From Verrucomicrobiales bacterium (GTDB lineage Bacteria; Verrucomicrobiota; Verrucomicrobiia; Limisphaerales; J093), in contig JBBIVJ010000001.1 in assembly GCA_037439785.1 (NCBI GenBank), positions 97,207-161,206 on the forward strand: 64,000 nucleotides of DNA, given 5' to 3'. Each line of letters opens with the position of its first letter. The first letter of the stretch is position 1. A model generated the notes under the pieces. That model searched no databases. It was not told the DNA's origin and worked only from the letters and a program-made list of their open reading frames with translations. A program made the translations under genes and the position numbers. Of the stretch, positions 27,619 to 38,301 are shown piece by piece.

Positions 27619-30018
27619 GTGAAACATCCCTGGCTCTGGCTGCTGGCGGGCTTGGCGGCCTCCGTGTTGGTGTTCGTGGGCTGTCGCACCGCCGGTCCGG
27701 CCCCGGTGGCAACCCCGGGCGTGAAGGCGTTCCACCCGACGAAGCTGGCGGAAATGGATACCGCCATCCAACAGGCCATAGCCGAAGGCCGGCTCCCCGG
27801 CGGGGTGTTGTGGCTGGAGCGTGAAGGCGCGGTGTACCACCGGGCTTACGGCCGCCGGGCGGTGCTCCCCGCTCCCGAGCCGATGACCGGAGATACGATT
27901 TTCGATCTGGCCTCGCTGACCAAGGTGGTGGCCTGCACACCGGCGGTAATGTGGCTGGTTGAGCGGGGCCGGTTGGGGCTGGACGATCCGGTGTGCCGTT
28001 ACCTGCCCGAGTTCACGGGCGAAGGCCGGGAAGCCGTGACGGTGCGGCATCTGCTCACCCACACCTCCGGGTTGCGGCCGGACATCAGCCTGAAAACGGA
28101 CTGGTCAGGCTACGAAGCGGGCTTGCGGTTGTGTCTGGTCGAGCGGCTCACGGCGCGTCCGGGGGAGCGGTTTATTTACAGCGACACCGGCCCGATCCTG
28201 CTGGGGGAGGTGGTGCGGCGGGTGACGGGCCGGCGCTTGGATGAACTGGTCACCTCCGAGATTTTCCGCCCCCTGGGGATGAAGGACACCGGCTTCAATC
28301 CTCCGCCCGCCCTGCGGGGCCGCATCGCCCCCACCGAGGTCGAGAACGGCGTGCCGCTGCGCGGGGTGGTGCACGACCCGCGCGCGCGCCGCCTGGGCGG
28401 CGTGGCGGGCCACGCGGGGCTGTTCTCCACGGCGGCGGACCTGGCGCGGTTTGCGCGGATGATGCTCCACGGCGGAACGCTCGACGGGGTGCGCCTCTTC
28501 CGGCCCGAAACGGTGCAGCTCATGACCTCGGTCCAGACCCCGCCGGGGCTGCCGCGCCGCGGCCTGGGCTGGGACATTGACTCGGCCTACGCCGGCCCGC
28601 GGGGCGAGGTGTTTCCGCAGGGGTCGTACGGCCACACTGGCTGGACGGGCACCTCGCTGTGGATTGACCCGTTTTCACGCACCTTCGTCATCTTCCTCTC
28701 CAACCGAAACCATCCGGACGAGCGGGGCAGCGTCAGCGCGCTGCGCCGCCAGCTCGGCACCCTGGCCGCCCAGGCGGTGCGGGATTTCAACTTCAGCTAC
28801 GTGCCCGGCGCCCTGGCGCCCGCGGCTGAGCCGGGCGCGTCCGCTGTCTCCACCCCCGCCGCGGGGCCCGCTCGCCGCGGTTCGGCGGCGGGGACAACGG
28901 TGCTCAACGGCATTGACGTGCTGGTCCGCCAGCAGTTCGCGCCGTTGCGCGGCCTGCGGGTGGGGTTGATCACCAACCACACCGGCCAGGACCGGGAACG
29001 GCGCTCCACTCTGGACCTGCTGCACGCGGCGCCGGAGGTGACCCTGGTGGCGGTGTTCAGTCCCGAGCACGGCCTGCGCGGCACGGCGGACGAAAAGGTG
29101 GGGGACAGCGTGGACGAGCGCACCGGCCTGCCGGTGTACAGCTTGTACGGCGAGACGCGCGCCCCCCGGCCCGAGCACCTGGCCGGGCTGGACGCGCTGG
29201 TGTTTGACATCCAGGACATCGGCTGCCGGTTTTACACGTACATCTCGACGATGGGCCTGGCGATGGAGGCCGCCGCCCGGGCCGGCAAGAAGTTCTTTGT
29301 GCTGGACCGGATCAACCCCATCACCGGCGCGGTGGTGGAAGGACCGGTGCACGCAGGGGCCTCGACGTTTGTCGCCTTCCACGCCCTGCCGTTGCGGCAC
29401 GGCATGACGGTGGGCGAGCTGGCGCGGCTGTTCAACGCGGAACGCGGCTGGAACTGTGACCTCACGGTCATCCCGCTGGAGGGGTGGTCGCGCCGCCAGT
29501 GGGCGGATGAAACCGGCCTGCCCTGGACCCACCCCTCCCCCAACATGCGCAGCCTGACCGCCGCCACGCTCTACCCGGGGGTGGGACTGCTGGAAAGTGC
29601 GGTCTCCGTGGGCCGCGGCACCGACACACCCTTCGAGGTGGTCGGCGCGCCGTATGTGGAGGACGTGCGGTTCGCCGCCGAACTGCGCCGGGCCGGCCTG
29701 CCGGGGGTGGGCTTTGTGCCCATCCGCTTCACCCCCCGCGCCAGCACCTTCAAGGACCAGCCCTGCGGCGGGGTGCACCTGCTGGTCACCGACCGCCGGG
29801 CCCTGCGGCCGGTGGACCTGGGGCTGACCCTGGCCCTGACCCTGCAGCGGCTGTATCCGGGGCAGTTCGCCCTCGAAAAAATGCGGCCGCTGCTGACCGA
29901 CGCCGCCACCCTGGAGGCCCTCCGCGCAGGCCGGTCGCTTGAGGCCATCAGGCGTGCCTGGGTGCCGGCGCTGGCCGAATTCGAGCGCCGCCGTGCCCCG
30001 CATCTGCTTTACCGCTGA
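27619..30018 (+). CDS. lipoprotein fusing a beta-lactamase-fold serine hydrolase with a DUF1343 (NamZ-like exo-muramidase) domain
   Basis: Lipobox is LVFVGC. The SxxK motif is [10 protein letters not shown]. The C-terminal half contains [28 protein letters not shown] and [18 protein letters not shown], typical of DUF1343/YbbC/NamZ. Confidence 0.85.
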   Translation: MKHPWLWLLAGLAASVLVFVGCRTAGPAPVATPGVKAFHPTKLAEMDTAIQQAIAEGRLPGGVLWLEREGAVYHRAYGRRAVLPAPEPMTGDTIFDLASLTKVVACTPAVMWLVERGRLGLDDPVCRYLPEFTGEGREAVTVRHLLTHTSGLRPDISLKTDWSGYEAGLRLCLVERLTARPGERFIYSDTGPILLGEVVRRVTGRRLDELVTSEIFRPLGMKDTGFNPPPALRGRIAPTEVENGVPLRGVVHDPRARRLGGVAGHAGLFSTAADLARFARMMLHGGTLDGVRLFRPETVQLMTSVQTPPGLPRRGLGWDIDSAYAGPRGEVFPQGSYGHTGWTGTSLWIDPFSRTFVIFLSNRNHPDERGSVSALRRQLGTLAAQAVRDFNFSYVPGALAPAAEPGASAVSTPAAGPARRGSAAGTTVLNGIDVLVRQQFAPLRGLRVGLITNHTGQDRERRSTLDLLHAAPEVTLVAVFSPEHGLRGTADEKVGDSVDERTGLPVYSLYGETRAPRPEHLAGLDALVFDIQDIGCRFYTYISTMGLAMEAAARAGKKFFVLDRINPITGAVVEGPVHAGASTFVAFHALPLRHGMTVGELARLFNAERGWNCDLTVIPLEGWSRRQWADETGLPWTHPSPNMRSLTAATLYPGVGLLESAVSVGRGTDTPFEVVGAPYVEDVRFAAELRRAGLPGVGFVPIRFTPRASTFKDQPCGGVHLLVTDRRALRPVDLGLTLALTLQRLYPGQFALEKMRPLLTDAATLEALRAGRSLEAIRRAWVPALAEFERRRAPHLLYR

Positions 30019-30911
30019 AGGGCCGGCAAGGGGGGCGGGACCACCGGCACGCTGGCGCGTTCGGCGATCCAGCGCCGGTCGCGGTTGGCGTACAGCCAGA
30101 GGGTGAGGTGATTGGGCAGCCAGTTGGTGCGGGCCAGGGCCACCGTTTCCTCCTCGACCCAGCGGTGGCTCTCGACATGGCCATCGGCAAAGGCCACTCC
30201 GCCTTGGCCCAGATGTGAGGCCGCGGGCAGGTGCATGAAGCAGCCCTCCCACACCCCCACGCCCACCAGGTAGGCGGGCATGCAGACATGGCCGGGGGCC
30301 GTGTCCATGAAGCTGAGCAGCTCGGCGGGCCGCGCCCGGGCCAGGTCGGCGCTGGTGCGGAAGGTCACGTGGGTGCCGCTGTTGAACGAACCCAGCCCTT
30401 CCAGCCAGCCGAGGTAGGCGTTGAGGGCGTAGCTGCGAACGTGCGGGAAAAGGCGTCCCTCCAGTTCAACCCGGCCGCGGTCCGAGGGGCACTTGTAAAG
30501 TCCGGCCGAGGGGAGGTAAGGCGCGAAGGCGGCCAGCCCCGGATCGGTCAGGTAGCCGCGGTTGGTGAAGGCTTCCGGATGGAGGTGTTCCTGCCCCGAG
30601 ACCCAGAGCTTCTCGCCGCCCAGGAGGTTGGGGGTGCCGTAGCCATTCAAGGCAAGGGCCTCCCGGTGGTCGGAAGGGTACAGGGCCCAGGCGAGGTTCA
30701 ATTGCCGCAGATTGCTCAGGCAGGTCAGCCGCCGCGCCCGTTCCCGGGCCTGGGACAGCGCCGGCAACAACAGGCCCAGCAGCAGCACGAGGATGGCCAC
30801 CACTACCAGCACCTCGATGAGGGTGAACGCCCGCCATGCCCCCCCTGGCTGCCCGCGCGGGCAGCCACCGGGCCCCGGCAGAGCCGGGCTGGGTGGACGG
30901 GCCGGTTTCAT
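30009..30911 (-). CDS. prepilin-type N-terminal cleavage/methylation protein, DUF1559-like
   Basis: Start trimmed to the ATG at 30911 (MKPARPP...). Contains [30 protein letters not shown] and C-terminal [15 protein letters not shown]. Confidence 0.85.
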   Translation of the reverse strand: MKPARPPSPALPGPGGCPRGQPGGAWRAFTLIEVLVVVAILVLLLGLLLPALSQARERARRLTCLSNLRQLNLAWALYPSDHREALALNGYGTPNLLGGEKLWVSGQEHLHPEAFTNRGYLTDPGLAAFAPYLPSAGLYKCPSDRGRVELEGRLFPHVRSYALNAYLGWLEGLGSFNSGTHVTFRTSADLARARPAELLSFMDTAPGHVCMPAYLVGVGVWEGCFMHLPAASHLGQGGVAFADGHVESHRWVEEETVALARTNWLPNHLTLWLYANRDRRWIAERASVPVVPPPLPALQR

Positions 30912-31051
30912 GGCCGACCCAAGGTAGCAGATGCCGCGTCCGTAAACCAGCGCGGTGGCGGCGGCCCGGGCGGGGGGCGCGGTCATGGTTTTGTCACTGG
31001 ACGACCCCGGCGGGGAGGATTATCATGTGCGTTGTCAAGCGGACGTGTACC

Positions 31052-32157
31052 ATGAAACCCCGCTCCCTGACCGGATGGACTGCCCTGACGCTGTTGACCA
31101 GTGCCCTGCACGCCCAGTGGACGCCCGGCCACCTGGTCGTGCTGCGGGTAGGTGACGGCGCGGCCCCCTTGAACAACGCAGCCCACCCCCTGTTCCTCCA
31201 GGAATACAACCCCCTCACCGGGACGCCGGCCGCCTCCGTCCTGGGCATTCCGGGCTCGGGCGCTTCGGCCCTGACCCTCAGCGGCACGGCCACCTCCGAG
31301 GAGCGCTCAACCTCTCGGCCGACGGCCGTTTTCTGACCTTTGCCGGCTACGCGACCGATACCGGCACGGCCAGCGTGGCCAGCACGGCCGCGAACCTGGT
31401 CCACCGCGCCGTGGGCCTGGTGGATTACGCCGGCGCCTACAGCCTGGCGGCCCGCACCGACCAGGGATTCAGTGCCAACAACGTTCGTGGGGCGGTGACC
31501 GTGGACGGCTCGGAGTTCTGGGTAACCGGCGCCGGCTCGGGCGGCACCGGCGGGCTCTGGTATCTGGCCGGCGACACGGACACCCAGGTGTACACGACCA
31601 TCGGCAACCTCCGCGTGCCCGTGCTGGCCAGCGGCAGCCTATACTTCTCCACCAGCTCGGGCACCACCACCCGCGGCGTGCACGTGGTGGACGGCGGCCG
31701 GCCCACCATCCCCGGCGCCACCGCCACCCAGGTCCTGGCCACCGGCGGCAGCTCCTCGCCTTACGACTTCGCCGTCAGCCCGGACGGCAACCTGATCTAC
31801 GTGGCCGACGACGCCGGCGAGGGCATTCAACGCTGGGACCTGGTGGGGGGCACCTGGACGCTGAGCTACACCCTGGGCACCGGCACCGCCGGCGTGGGCG
31901 CGCGGGGCCTGACGGTGGACTGGTCGGCCCCGGACCCGGTCCTGTATGCCATCACCGAGGAAACCACCGCCAACCGCCTCATCCGCATCGCCGACACCGG
32001 AGCCGCCTCGACCGCCACCACCCTGGCCACGGCGGGGGCGAACACCCTTTTCCGGGGCGTGGACTTCGCACCGGTGCCCGAGCCGACCCCGGCAGCCTTG
32101 CTGGCTCTGGGCGGGATGGGGTGGCTGCTGGCCCGGCGGCGCACTGCCCGCTCCTGA
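31052..32157 (+). pseudogene. PEP-CTERM secreted protein with a single frameshift near 31297-31305 (or a sequencing indel)
   Basis: The N-terminal frame reads MKPRSLTGWTALTLLTSALHAQW...LSGTATSE. The downstream frame continues ...ALNLSADGRFLTFAGYATD... to PVPEPTPAALLALGGMGWLLARRRTARS. Restoring one G in gaggGagcg would join the two frames as TSEGALNLS. Confidence 0.65.
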
Positions 32158-32265
32158 ACCGGCGGCAGAAACCGCCCACCGCAAGGGCCCCGCCGGTGGG
32201 CATTGGACTTGTGCGGGCCGTCCAAAAGGGGCACAAGCAGGGTCACGCCCCGCGGGCGCGTCATC

Positions 32266-34968
32266 ATGCACAAAGTTTCCCGCCCTCCCCTGACCCTGCC
32301 CCGCCGTGAACGGCTGGCCGGCCTGCTGGTTTGCAGTGTGCTGGCCGCAACCTCCGCCCACGCGCAAACTCTGACCCTGCGCGCGGGGTCGGCCGAACTG
32401 ACCGCATCCCCACAGACCGGGGCCTGCCTGTTGACTGACCGCGCCTCGGGCGTGGTCTGGCGGACGGCGGAGGAATCCCCGCGGCTGGGGCTGGCCGAGT
32501 GGTCGGCCGGCGGCCGGCGCTTCGCAGTGGAACTCCGGCAGGGCGCGGTGCGCCGTACCGCCGGCGGCCTGGAATGGACCTTCCCCCTGCCGCCGGAGCA
32601 GCCGGAGGGCTCGCTGCGCGTGGAGGCGCGCCCGGGCGCGGAGGCCAACACGATCGAGTTCACCCTCGAGGCGGCGCCGGCACTGGGTGCGGTGCGGGTC
32701 CGCCTGCTGGACCAGGTGTTCGCGGTGCGGGGCGACGAGGCCGGGGCGGTGCTGGTGCCGTTGCGGCGGGGGCTGCTCATCCCGGCGGACAGCGGCCGGA
32801 GCTTCCGGCACGTGTTCGACACCTACGCCTACGAGGGTTGCCACCTGGCCATGCTGGGGGTGCTCAAGCACGGTGCGGCCGCGCTCCTGACCTGGCGCGA
32901 CCCGTACGTGCAGGTCGAGCTGGAGAGCGTGCTCACCGAGCTGCCGGGCCGGGGACCGGTCCAGCGGCTGACGCCGGTGGTGGTGCTTCAGGGCAGCGCC
33001 CGGCGGCTGGCGGTGGCGCTGCTGGGCCGGGGCGATCACGTGGCCGTGGGCCGGGCCTACCGGCAGGTGGCGCGCCGGGAGGGCTGGTGGGTGCCGTGGT
33101 CGGTGAAACTGGCCGAACGACCGGAGCGGGCGGCCCTGCTGGGCGCCTCGAATTTCAAGCTCTGGAGCCTGCTGGACCGCCGCATGAACGCCGAGAGCAC
33201 CCGCGAGGAACGGGTGACGGTGAACTGGACCTTCGACGAGGCCGCGCAGGTGGCCGAACACCTGCGGCGCGACCTGGACCTGGACCGGGTGCTGTTCCTG
33301 ATGGGCGGCTGGATTCACCGCGGCTACGACAACCAGCACCCGGACATCCTGCCCGCCGCGCCCGAATGCGGCGGCAATGAGGGCCTGGCCGATTGCGTGC
33401 GCCGCATCCGGGCTGCCGGCTACCTGCCCGGCCTCCATGACAATTACCAGGACCTCTATCGCGATTCCCCCTCCTGGGATGAGACCCTGCTGCTCAAACA
33501 CCCGGACGGCTCCCCCGTGCGCGGCGGGCGCTGGGCCGGCGGCCAGGCCTGGTTGACCTGCTCGCAGGCGGCCCTCGGCCTGGCGCGGCGCCCCCAAAAC
33601 CTGCCGGCCGTGCACCAGTGGGTGGGAGACCTGGCGTACTTCATTGACACCACCTACGCCAGCGGGCTGCTGGAGTGCTTCGACCCGCGCCATCCCCTGA
33701 CCCGGCACGGGGACCTGTACTGGAAGCAGGCCCTCTCGGACTACGCCCGCTCGCTCTTCGGCGTGTTTGGCAGCGAGTGCGGTCGGGAATGGGCCCTGCC
33801 GCACAGCGACTTCTTCGAGGGCCTGACCGGCGTCAGCGGCCGGCACTTGCACCACGCCGAGCTCGAGGAGCGCCTGGGCGCGGTGAGCGTGCCGCTGTTC
33901 GAGCTGGTTTATCGCGACTGCATCGCCGCCTACGGCAAGTACGGCTACGACATCCACCAGGCCGCCGGCTACGTGCTGGACCACCTGGTGATCGGCCGGC
34001 CGCTGCATTACCACCAGGTGCCGCCGCACCTGTACTGGCGCGCGGCCGGGGAGGGGGAGGAGGACCTCGTGCCGATGATCGGGGAATTTGAACCGGCCGG
34101 CCCGCGCCGCTTCTGGATCAGCTACCGGTGGCAGGTCCGCCGCGTGCCGGAGCGCGACTGGCGCGTGTTTGTCCACTTCACCACTCCGGACGGTCAGATT
34201 GCCTTCCAGGATGACCACGACCCGGCCACGCCCGCCTCCCAGTGGAACCGGGGGGTGATGGAGTTCGGCAGCTTCGGCCGCGAAGTGCCGGCCGGGGTGC
34301 GGGGCGTGTTCGACATCCGCATGGGCCTCTACGAGCCGGCCAGCGGCCGGCGCGCCCGCCTGCCGCTGCGCGACGACGGCGAGCTGCGGTACGTGGTGGG
34401 TCGGCTGGTCTGCAGCGCGGAGGGCGTGCGGCTGGAGCCGGCCTCCCCGGCCGCGCGGCCCGACGGCGACCCCGCTGTCTTCGTCCGCGGCGACGGGGGC
34501 TGGACCGACGGGCTGCATCCGCTGGACCGGTTCGTGAAAAACACCCACGAGGTGCTCGCGCCGCTGCATGGGTTGACCGCGCAGAGCCCGCTCACCGCCC
34601 ACCAGTTCCTCAGCGCCGACCGCCGGGTGCAGCGCTCGGTCTTCGGGGAGGGCCGGGACGCGGTCACGGTGACCGTCAACGCCGGCGACGGCCTGCACCG
34701 CGTGGAATCGGCCGGGGGCGGCACGGTGGAGCTGCCGCGCTTCGGGTTCCTGGTCGAGTCGCCCCGGTTCGTCGCGTTCCATGCGCTGAGCTGGGGTGGG
34801 CGACGCTACACAGCCCCGGTGCTGTTCACGCTGCGGAGCCTGGATGACCGGCCTTTGACCCGCTCGTCGCGGGTGCGGGTTTTTCACGGCTGGGGCGAGC
34901 CGGAGGTGCGGATCGGTCCGCGGGAGTTCACGGTGCAGCGCGAGGCCGTGGTGTCGCCGGGGCGTTGA
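32266..34968 (+). CDS. secreted hypothetical protein, possibly a glycoside-hydrolase-like TIM-barrel protein
   Basis: Start trimmed to the ATG at 32266 (MHKVSRPP...LLVCSVLAATSAHAQ). The central region GGWIHRGYDNQHPDILPAAPECGG...PGLHDNYQDLY...AYFIDTTYA...ECGREWALPH looks like a carbohydrate-active barrel. That function is an inference only. Confidence 0.65.
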   Translation: MHKVSRPPLTLPRRERLAGLLVCSVLAATSAHAQTLTLRAGSAELTASPQTGACLLTDRASGVVWRTAEESPRLGLAEWSAGGRRFAVELRQGAVRRTAGGLEWTFPLPPEQPEGSLRVEARPGAEANTIEFTLEAAPALGAVRVRLLDQVFAVRGDEAGAVLVPLRRGLLIPADSGRSFRHVFDTYAYEGCHLAMLGVLKHGAAALLTWRDPYVQVELESVLTELPGRGPVQRLTPVVVLQGSARRLAVALLGRGDHVAVGRAYRQVARREGWWVPWSVKLAERPERAALLGASNFKLWSLLDRRMNAESTREERVTVNWTFDEAAQVAEHLRRDLDLDRVLFLMGGWIHRGYDNQHPDILPAAPECGGNEGLADCVRRIRAAGYLPGLHDNYQDLYRDSPSWDETLLLKHPDGSPVRGGRWAGGQAWLTCSQAALGLARRPQNLPAVHQWVGDLAYFIDTTYASGLLECFDPRHPLTRHGDLYWKQALSDYARSLFGVFGSECGREWALPHSDFFEGLTGVSGRHLHHAELEERLGAVSVPLFELVYRDCIAAYGKYGYDIHQAAGYVLDHLVIGRPLHYHQVPPHLYWRAAGEGEEDLVPMIGEFEPAGPRRFWISYRWQVRRVPERDWRVFVHFTTPDGQIAFQDDHDPATPASQWNRGVMEFGSFGREVPAGVRGVFDIRMGLYEPASGRRARLPLRDDGELRYVVGRLVCSAEGVRLEPASPAARPDGDPAVFVRGDGGWTDGLHPLDRFVKNTHEVLAPLHGLTAQSPLTAHQFLSADRRVQRSVFGEGRDAVTVTVNAGDGLHRVESAGGGTVELPRFGFLVESPRFVAFHALSWGGRRYTAPVLFTLRSLDDRPLTRSSRVRVFHGWGEPEVRIGPREFTVQREAVVSPGR

Positions 34969-35044
34969 GCTCCGGCGGGGGGCGCCGGCCCGGCAAGGGC
35001 CGCGCTTCCTGCCGCCGCGGGCGGGCGTGACGACCCGCCGGCGG

Positions 35045-35611
35045 CTACCAGTTCCGCAGGTGCTCCAGAACCCGCTCGACCGGCAGGCCGACGACGTTCG
35101 AGTAGGAGCCGTTGATCTCCGCCACGAGGAGGTCGCCGTGTTCCTGGATGGCGTAGGCGCCGGCCTTGTCCAGGGGCTGAATGCGGCTGAGGTACTGCCG
35201 GATGGCCGCCTCGTCCAACGGCCGGAAGGTCACCTCGGTGCTCTCGGCAAACAGGACCTCGCGGTGGGGACGCAGGTGCAGCAGGCACACGCCGGTGACC
35301 ACCCGGTGCGTGCGGTCCTGCAACGCCTCGAGCATCTCGAACGCCTCGGCCAGGTCGGCCGGTTTGCCCAGGACGCGGCTGTCCAGCGTCACCAGCGTGT
35401 CTGCGCCGAGCACCAGGCGATCGGGGTGGCGTTTGGCCACGACGCGTGCCTTGCGGTGGGCGTTGATCAGGCACAACTCGCGCGCGGTCAGGGCGGGGTC
35501 GTGGACCTCGGGCACTTCCGCCGGCACCACCTTGAAATCCACCCCGCACTGGCGCAACAACTCCCGGCGACGCGGCGAGGCCGAGGCAAGGATGAGTGGA
35601 GGGCACATCAC
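35045..35611 (-). CDS. maf: Maf-like nucleoside triphosphate pyrophosphatase
   Basis: Contains LILASASPRRRELL, GADTLV and DKAGAYAIQ. Confidence 0.9.
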   Translation of the reverse strand: MMCPPLILASASPRRRELLRQCGVDFKVVPAEVPEVHDPALTARELCLINAHRKARVVAKRHPDRLVLGADTLVTLDSRVLGKPADLAEAFEMLEALQDRTHRVVTGVCLLHLRPHREVLFAESTEVTFRPLDEAAIRQYLSRIQPLDKAGAYAIQEHGDLLVAEINGSYSNVVGLPVERVLEHLRNW

Positions 35612-35767
35612 GCCGTCATGATGCCCAAAAGCGGGCCGCCGGGCCAGCGGCTGCCGGCCAGGGCAGACGGCGGGACCAGGCGGGCCGCGCAGCCGCGCAA
35701 ATGGTATTGCCGCCGCGACGGCCGGCTCCTACCCTGTCGAGCGTCGGCGTCACCCGACGCGGCCGGG

Positions 35768-35842
35768 GCGCGGTTAGCTCAGTGGTAGAGCACTTCCTTG
35801 ACACGGAAGGGGTCAGAGGTTCGAGTCCTCTATCGCGCACCA
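35768..35842 (+). tRNA. tRNA-Val (anticodon GAC), CCA encoded
   Basis: 75 nt. Acceptor stem GCGCGGT/ATCGCGC has one G-U pair. D arm is TAGCTCAGTGGTAGAGCA. Anticodon stem-loop is CTTCC-TTGACAC-GGAAG. T arm is AGAGGTTCGAGTCCTCT. Discriminator is A, followed by CCA. Confidence 0.9.
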
Positions 35843-35858
35843 TTTCCCCCACCACGCC

Positions 35859-36641
35859 ATGACGTCTCTCCTCGCAGATAAATGGGTCCTCATCACCGGT
35901 GCGTCGGCCGGCTTTGGCGCGGCCGCGGCGCGGGCCTTCGGGGCGGGGGGGGCCCGGTTGCTGCTGGGGGCGCGGCGGCTGGAGCGGTTGAGCGCGGTCG
36001 CCGCCCGGGCGCGCGAGGCCGGCTCACCCCAGGTGTTGTACCGCGAGCTGGACGTGACACAGACCGCGAGTGTCTCGGCCTACGCCGACTGGGTACGGGC
36101 CATGGCCGGGCGGGTGGACGTGCTGGTGAACAACGCCGGCGGCGCGCACGGCCTGGACCCGGTGGAGCAAGGCAGTGACAGCGACTGGGAGACGATGTTC
36201 CAGACCAACGTGCTGGGCACCCTGCGCATGAGCCGCGCCATCCTGCCGCTGATGAAGTCCCACCCCGGCGGCATCCTCATCAACGTGGGCTCGATTGCCG
36301 GCCGGGAAGCCTACGAGGGCGGAGCGGCCTACTGCGCCGCCAAGGCCGGCGTGCTGCAGATCACCCGCGCCCTGCGCCTGGAACTGCTGGGCACCGGCCT
36401 GCGCGTGGCCACCGTGGACCCCGGCCTGGCGGAAACCGAATTTTCCCTGGTCCGCTTCAAGGGCGACCGCGCCCGCGCCGCCAGGGTCTATCAGGGCATG
36501 ACCCCGCTCACGGCCGAGGACGTGGCCGAGGCCCTGGTCTGGGTGGCCAGCCGCCCGCCCCACGTCTGCGTGGACGAACTGCTCCTCAAGCCCACCAACC
36601 AGGCCTCGATGCACAAAATCCACCGGCGCCCGGCGGCGTGA
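35859..36641 (+). CDS. short-chain dehydrogenase/reductase (SDR) family oxidoreductase
   Basis: Contains ITGASAGFG, NNAGG and YCAAKAG (YxxxK). Confidence 0.9.
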   Translation: MTSLLADKWVLITGASAGFGAAAARAFGAGGARLLLGARRLERLSAVAARAREAGSPQVLYRELDVTQTASVSAYADWVRAMAGRVDVLVNNAGGAHGLDPVEQGSDSDWETMFQTNVLGTLRMSRAILPLMKSHPGGILINVGSIAGREAYEGGAAYCAAKAGVLQITRALRLELLGTGLRVATVDPGLAETEFSLVRFKGDRARAARVYQGMTPLTAEDVAEALVWVASRPPHVCVDELLLKPTNQASMHKIHRRPAA

Positions 36642-36644
36642 GCC

Positions 36645-37538
36645 ATGCGCGCCTGCGCCATCTACAACCCCGCCGCCGGCCCCGCCCGCCTGCGGGCCCA
36701 TCGCCGGGCGCTCCACGACCTGGGCCTGCCCTGCGAATGGCGCCCCACCGCCGCCCCCGGACATGCCACCGACCTGGCCGCCCACGCCGCGCGGGAAGGC
36801 TTCGACACCGTGATCGCCGTGGGCGGTGACGGCACGGTGGGCGAAGTGGTGGAAGGCCTGGCCCGCACCCCCGGCGGCCTCGAGGCCTCGCGCCTGGCGG
36901 TGTTGCCGCTGGGGACCATGAACGTCTTTGCCCGCGAACTGGGGCTGCCGCTTCATCCCCGCGCCGCCGCGGAGACGATTCGGGCCGGCCGGGAACGCCG
37001 GGTGGACCTGGGGCGGGTGGAAGGCACCATCGGCGCCGGCCGCCAGGTGCGCCACTTCGCCCAAATGGCCGGAGCGGGGCTGGATGCCCGCGCCATCGCC
37101 CGGGTGAGCGGGCGTTGGAAACAGCGCGTCGGTCCGCTCGCCTACGGCTGGGCGGGCCTCCAGGCCCTGCGCGGCCCGCAACCGGTGCTGGAACTGCACG
37201 CCGCCGGCCGCACGTGGCGGGGCACGCTGGTGGTGCTGGGTAACGGCCGGCTCTACGGCGGACGCGTGCGGATGTTCCCCGCCGCGCGCCCGGATGATGG
37301 CCGGCTGGACGCCCGCCTGTTCGAGCGGGTCACGCTCGGGACCCTCGCCCGCTTTGCCCGGGCCTGGCTGAGCGGCCGCGACCTTTCCGCGCCGGGCACG
37401 ACCTACCTGCAGGGCGAACGCTTTGAAGTGACCGCCGCCGAACCCCTGCCCGTGGAGACGGACGGCGACAACGTGGGCTTTTTGCCCGCCGTATTCACCG
37501 TGCTCCCGCAAGCCCTGCGGGTGGTGGCGCCGCCGTGA
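36645..37538 (+). CDS. diacylglycerol kinase-family lipid kinase (YegS/BmrU-like)
   Basis: Contains VIAVGGDGTVGEVVEGL, LPLGTMNVFAREL and ETDGD. Confidence 0.85.
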   Translation: MRACAIYNPAAGPARLRAHRRALHDLGLPCEWRPTAAPGHATDLAAHAAREGFDTVIAVGGDGTVGEVVEGLARTPGGLEASRLAVLPLGTMNVFARELGLPLHPRAAAETIRAGRERRVDLGRVEGTIGAGRQVRHFAQMAGAGLDARAIARVSGRWKQRVGPLAYGWAGLQALRGPQPVLELHAAGRTWRGTLVVLGNGRLYGGRVRMFPAARPDDGRLDARLFERVTLGTLARFARAWLSGRDLSAPGTTYLQGERFEVTAAEPLPVETDGDNVGFLPAVFTVLPQALRVVAPP

Positions 37539-37614
37539 GCGCCGCGGCGGTACGCGGGGCGGCGGCAAGGTCGCCTTGCCCGGGCCCGGCGGTCCGCGTT
37601 AGGCTGCCCGCCTC

Positions 37615-37995
37615 ATGCAGATCAAGAACTACACCTTCGAGAACGAGCCGGTGCTGATGGATTTCCACTTCTTCCAGGGCTGCACCTTCCGGCACTGCCG
37701 GCTCGTGTACTGCGGCTATTCACCCCTCCAGTTCGAAGGCTGCCGCTTTGATGACTGCCGCTGGGAGTTCTCCGGCCCGGCCATGACCACGCTGCACGTG
37801 TTGTCCTCGCTCAACCAGCGGGGCGGCGAGATGGGGCGGCTGATCGTCCAACAGGCGCTGGCGCTGATCCAGAATCCGCCCCCCACATCCGCCACCGGCC
37901 CCGCAACGCCCCCGGCCACCCCGCCGACGGGAACCCCCCCGCCCACCCCGCCCGCGCCGCCGCCGGCCCCCGGGGATCCGCCGGCGGGTATTTGA
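37615..37995 (+). CDS. hypothetical protein with Pro/Thr-rich tail
   Basis: 126-aa ORF with coding-like composition (MQIKNYTFENEPVLMDFHFFQGCTFRHCRL...). No domain recognised. Confidence 0.5.
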   Translation: MQIKNYTFENEPVLMDFHFFQGCTFRHCRLVYCGYSPLQFEGCRFDDCRWEFSGPAMTTLHVLSSLNQRGGEMGRLIVQQALALIQNPPPTSATGPATPPATPPTGTPPPTPPAPPPAPGDPPAGI

Positions 37996-38178
37996 AGGCG
38001 CGCCGCGGCGAAGGCAGCCAGCTCACCCGAGTAAGGACGGTCTTGTCACCAGTTTTGGTGACTGGTGAGAACGGGGAAGGCAAGTAAGCTGGTGCCGTTG
38101 TTGGGATGCAAAAGCGCAGTGAACCGTGTGTGAGCAGGGCGTAAGGCTGCGGCGCCGCATCGGATTTGTTCTCGGAAC

Positions 38179-38210
38179 AGGCCGGACCAAAAGTCCGGCC
38201 TTCGTTCTTT
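38179..38210 (+). terminator. putative intrinsic terminator
   Basis: Perfect 9-bp stem AGGCCGGAC / GTCCGGCCT with loop CAAAA, followed by TCGTTCTTT. It lies about 185 nt downstream of the 37615..37995 gene. Confidence 0.4.
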
Positions 38211-38301
38211 CGGGGTCGGTTCCGCCGCCGGCGGGGGGGAGTCCGCCACGGCCTGGAAGCGGCCGCCGATGCGGCCGCGCCGGCAGGGGCTTGGGCCGGG
38301 C

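Noticed and set aside
38030-38210. Known housekeeping ncRNA (SRP RNA, 6S, tmRNA, RNase P) in the asd-proximal gap or the 43.7-44.7 kb gap
   Set aside because: None of the conserved cores I know is present. I looked for GGAAGCAGCCA-type SRP domain IV, GAGGAAAGUCCGGGC of RNase P, and the tmRNA tRNA-like ends.
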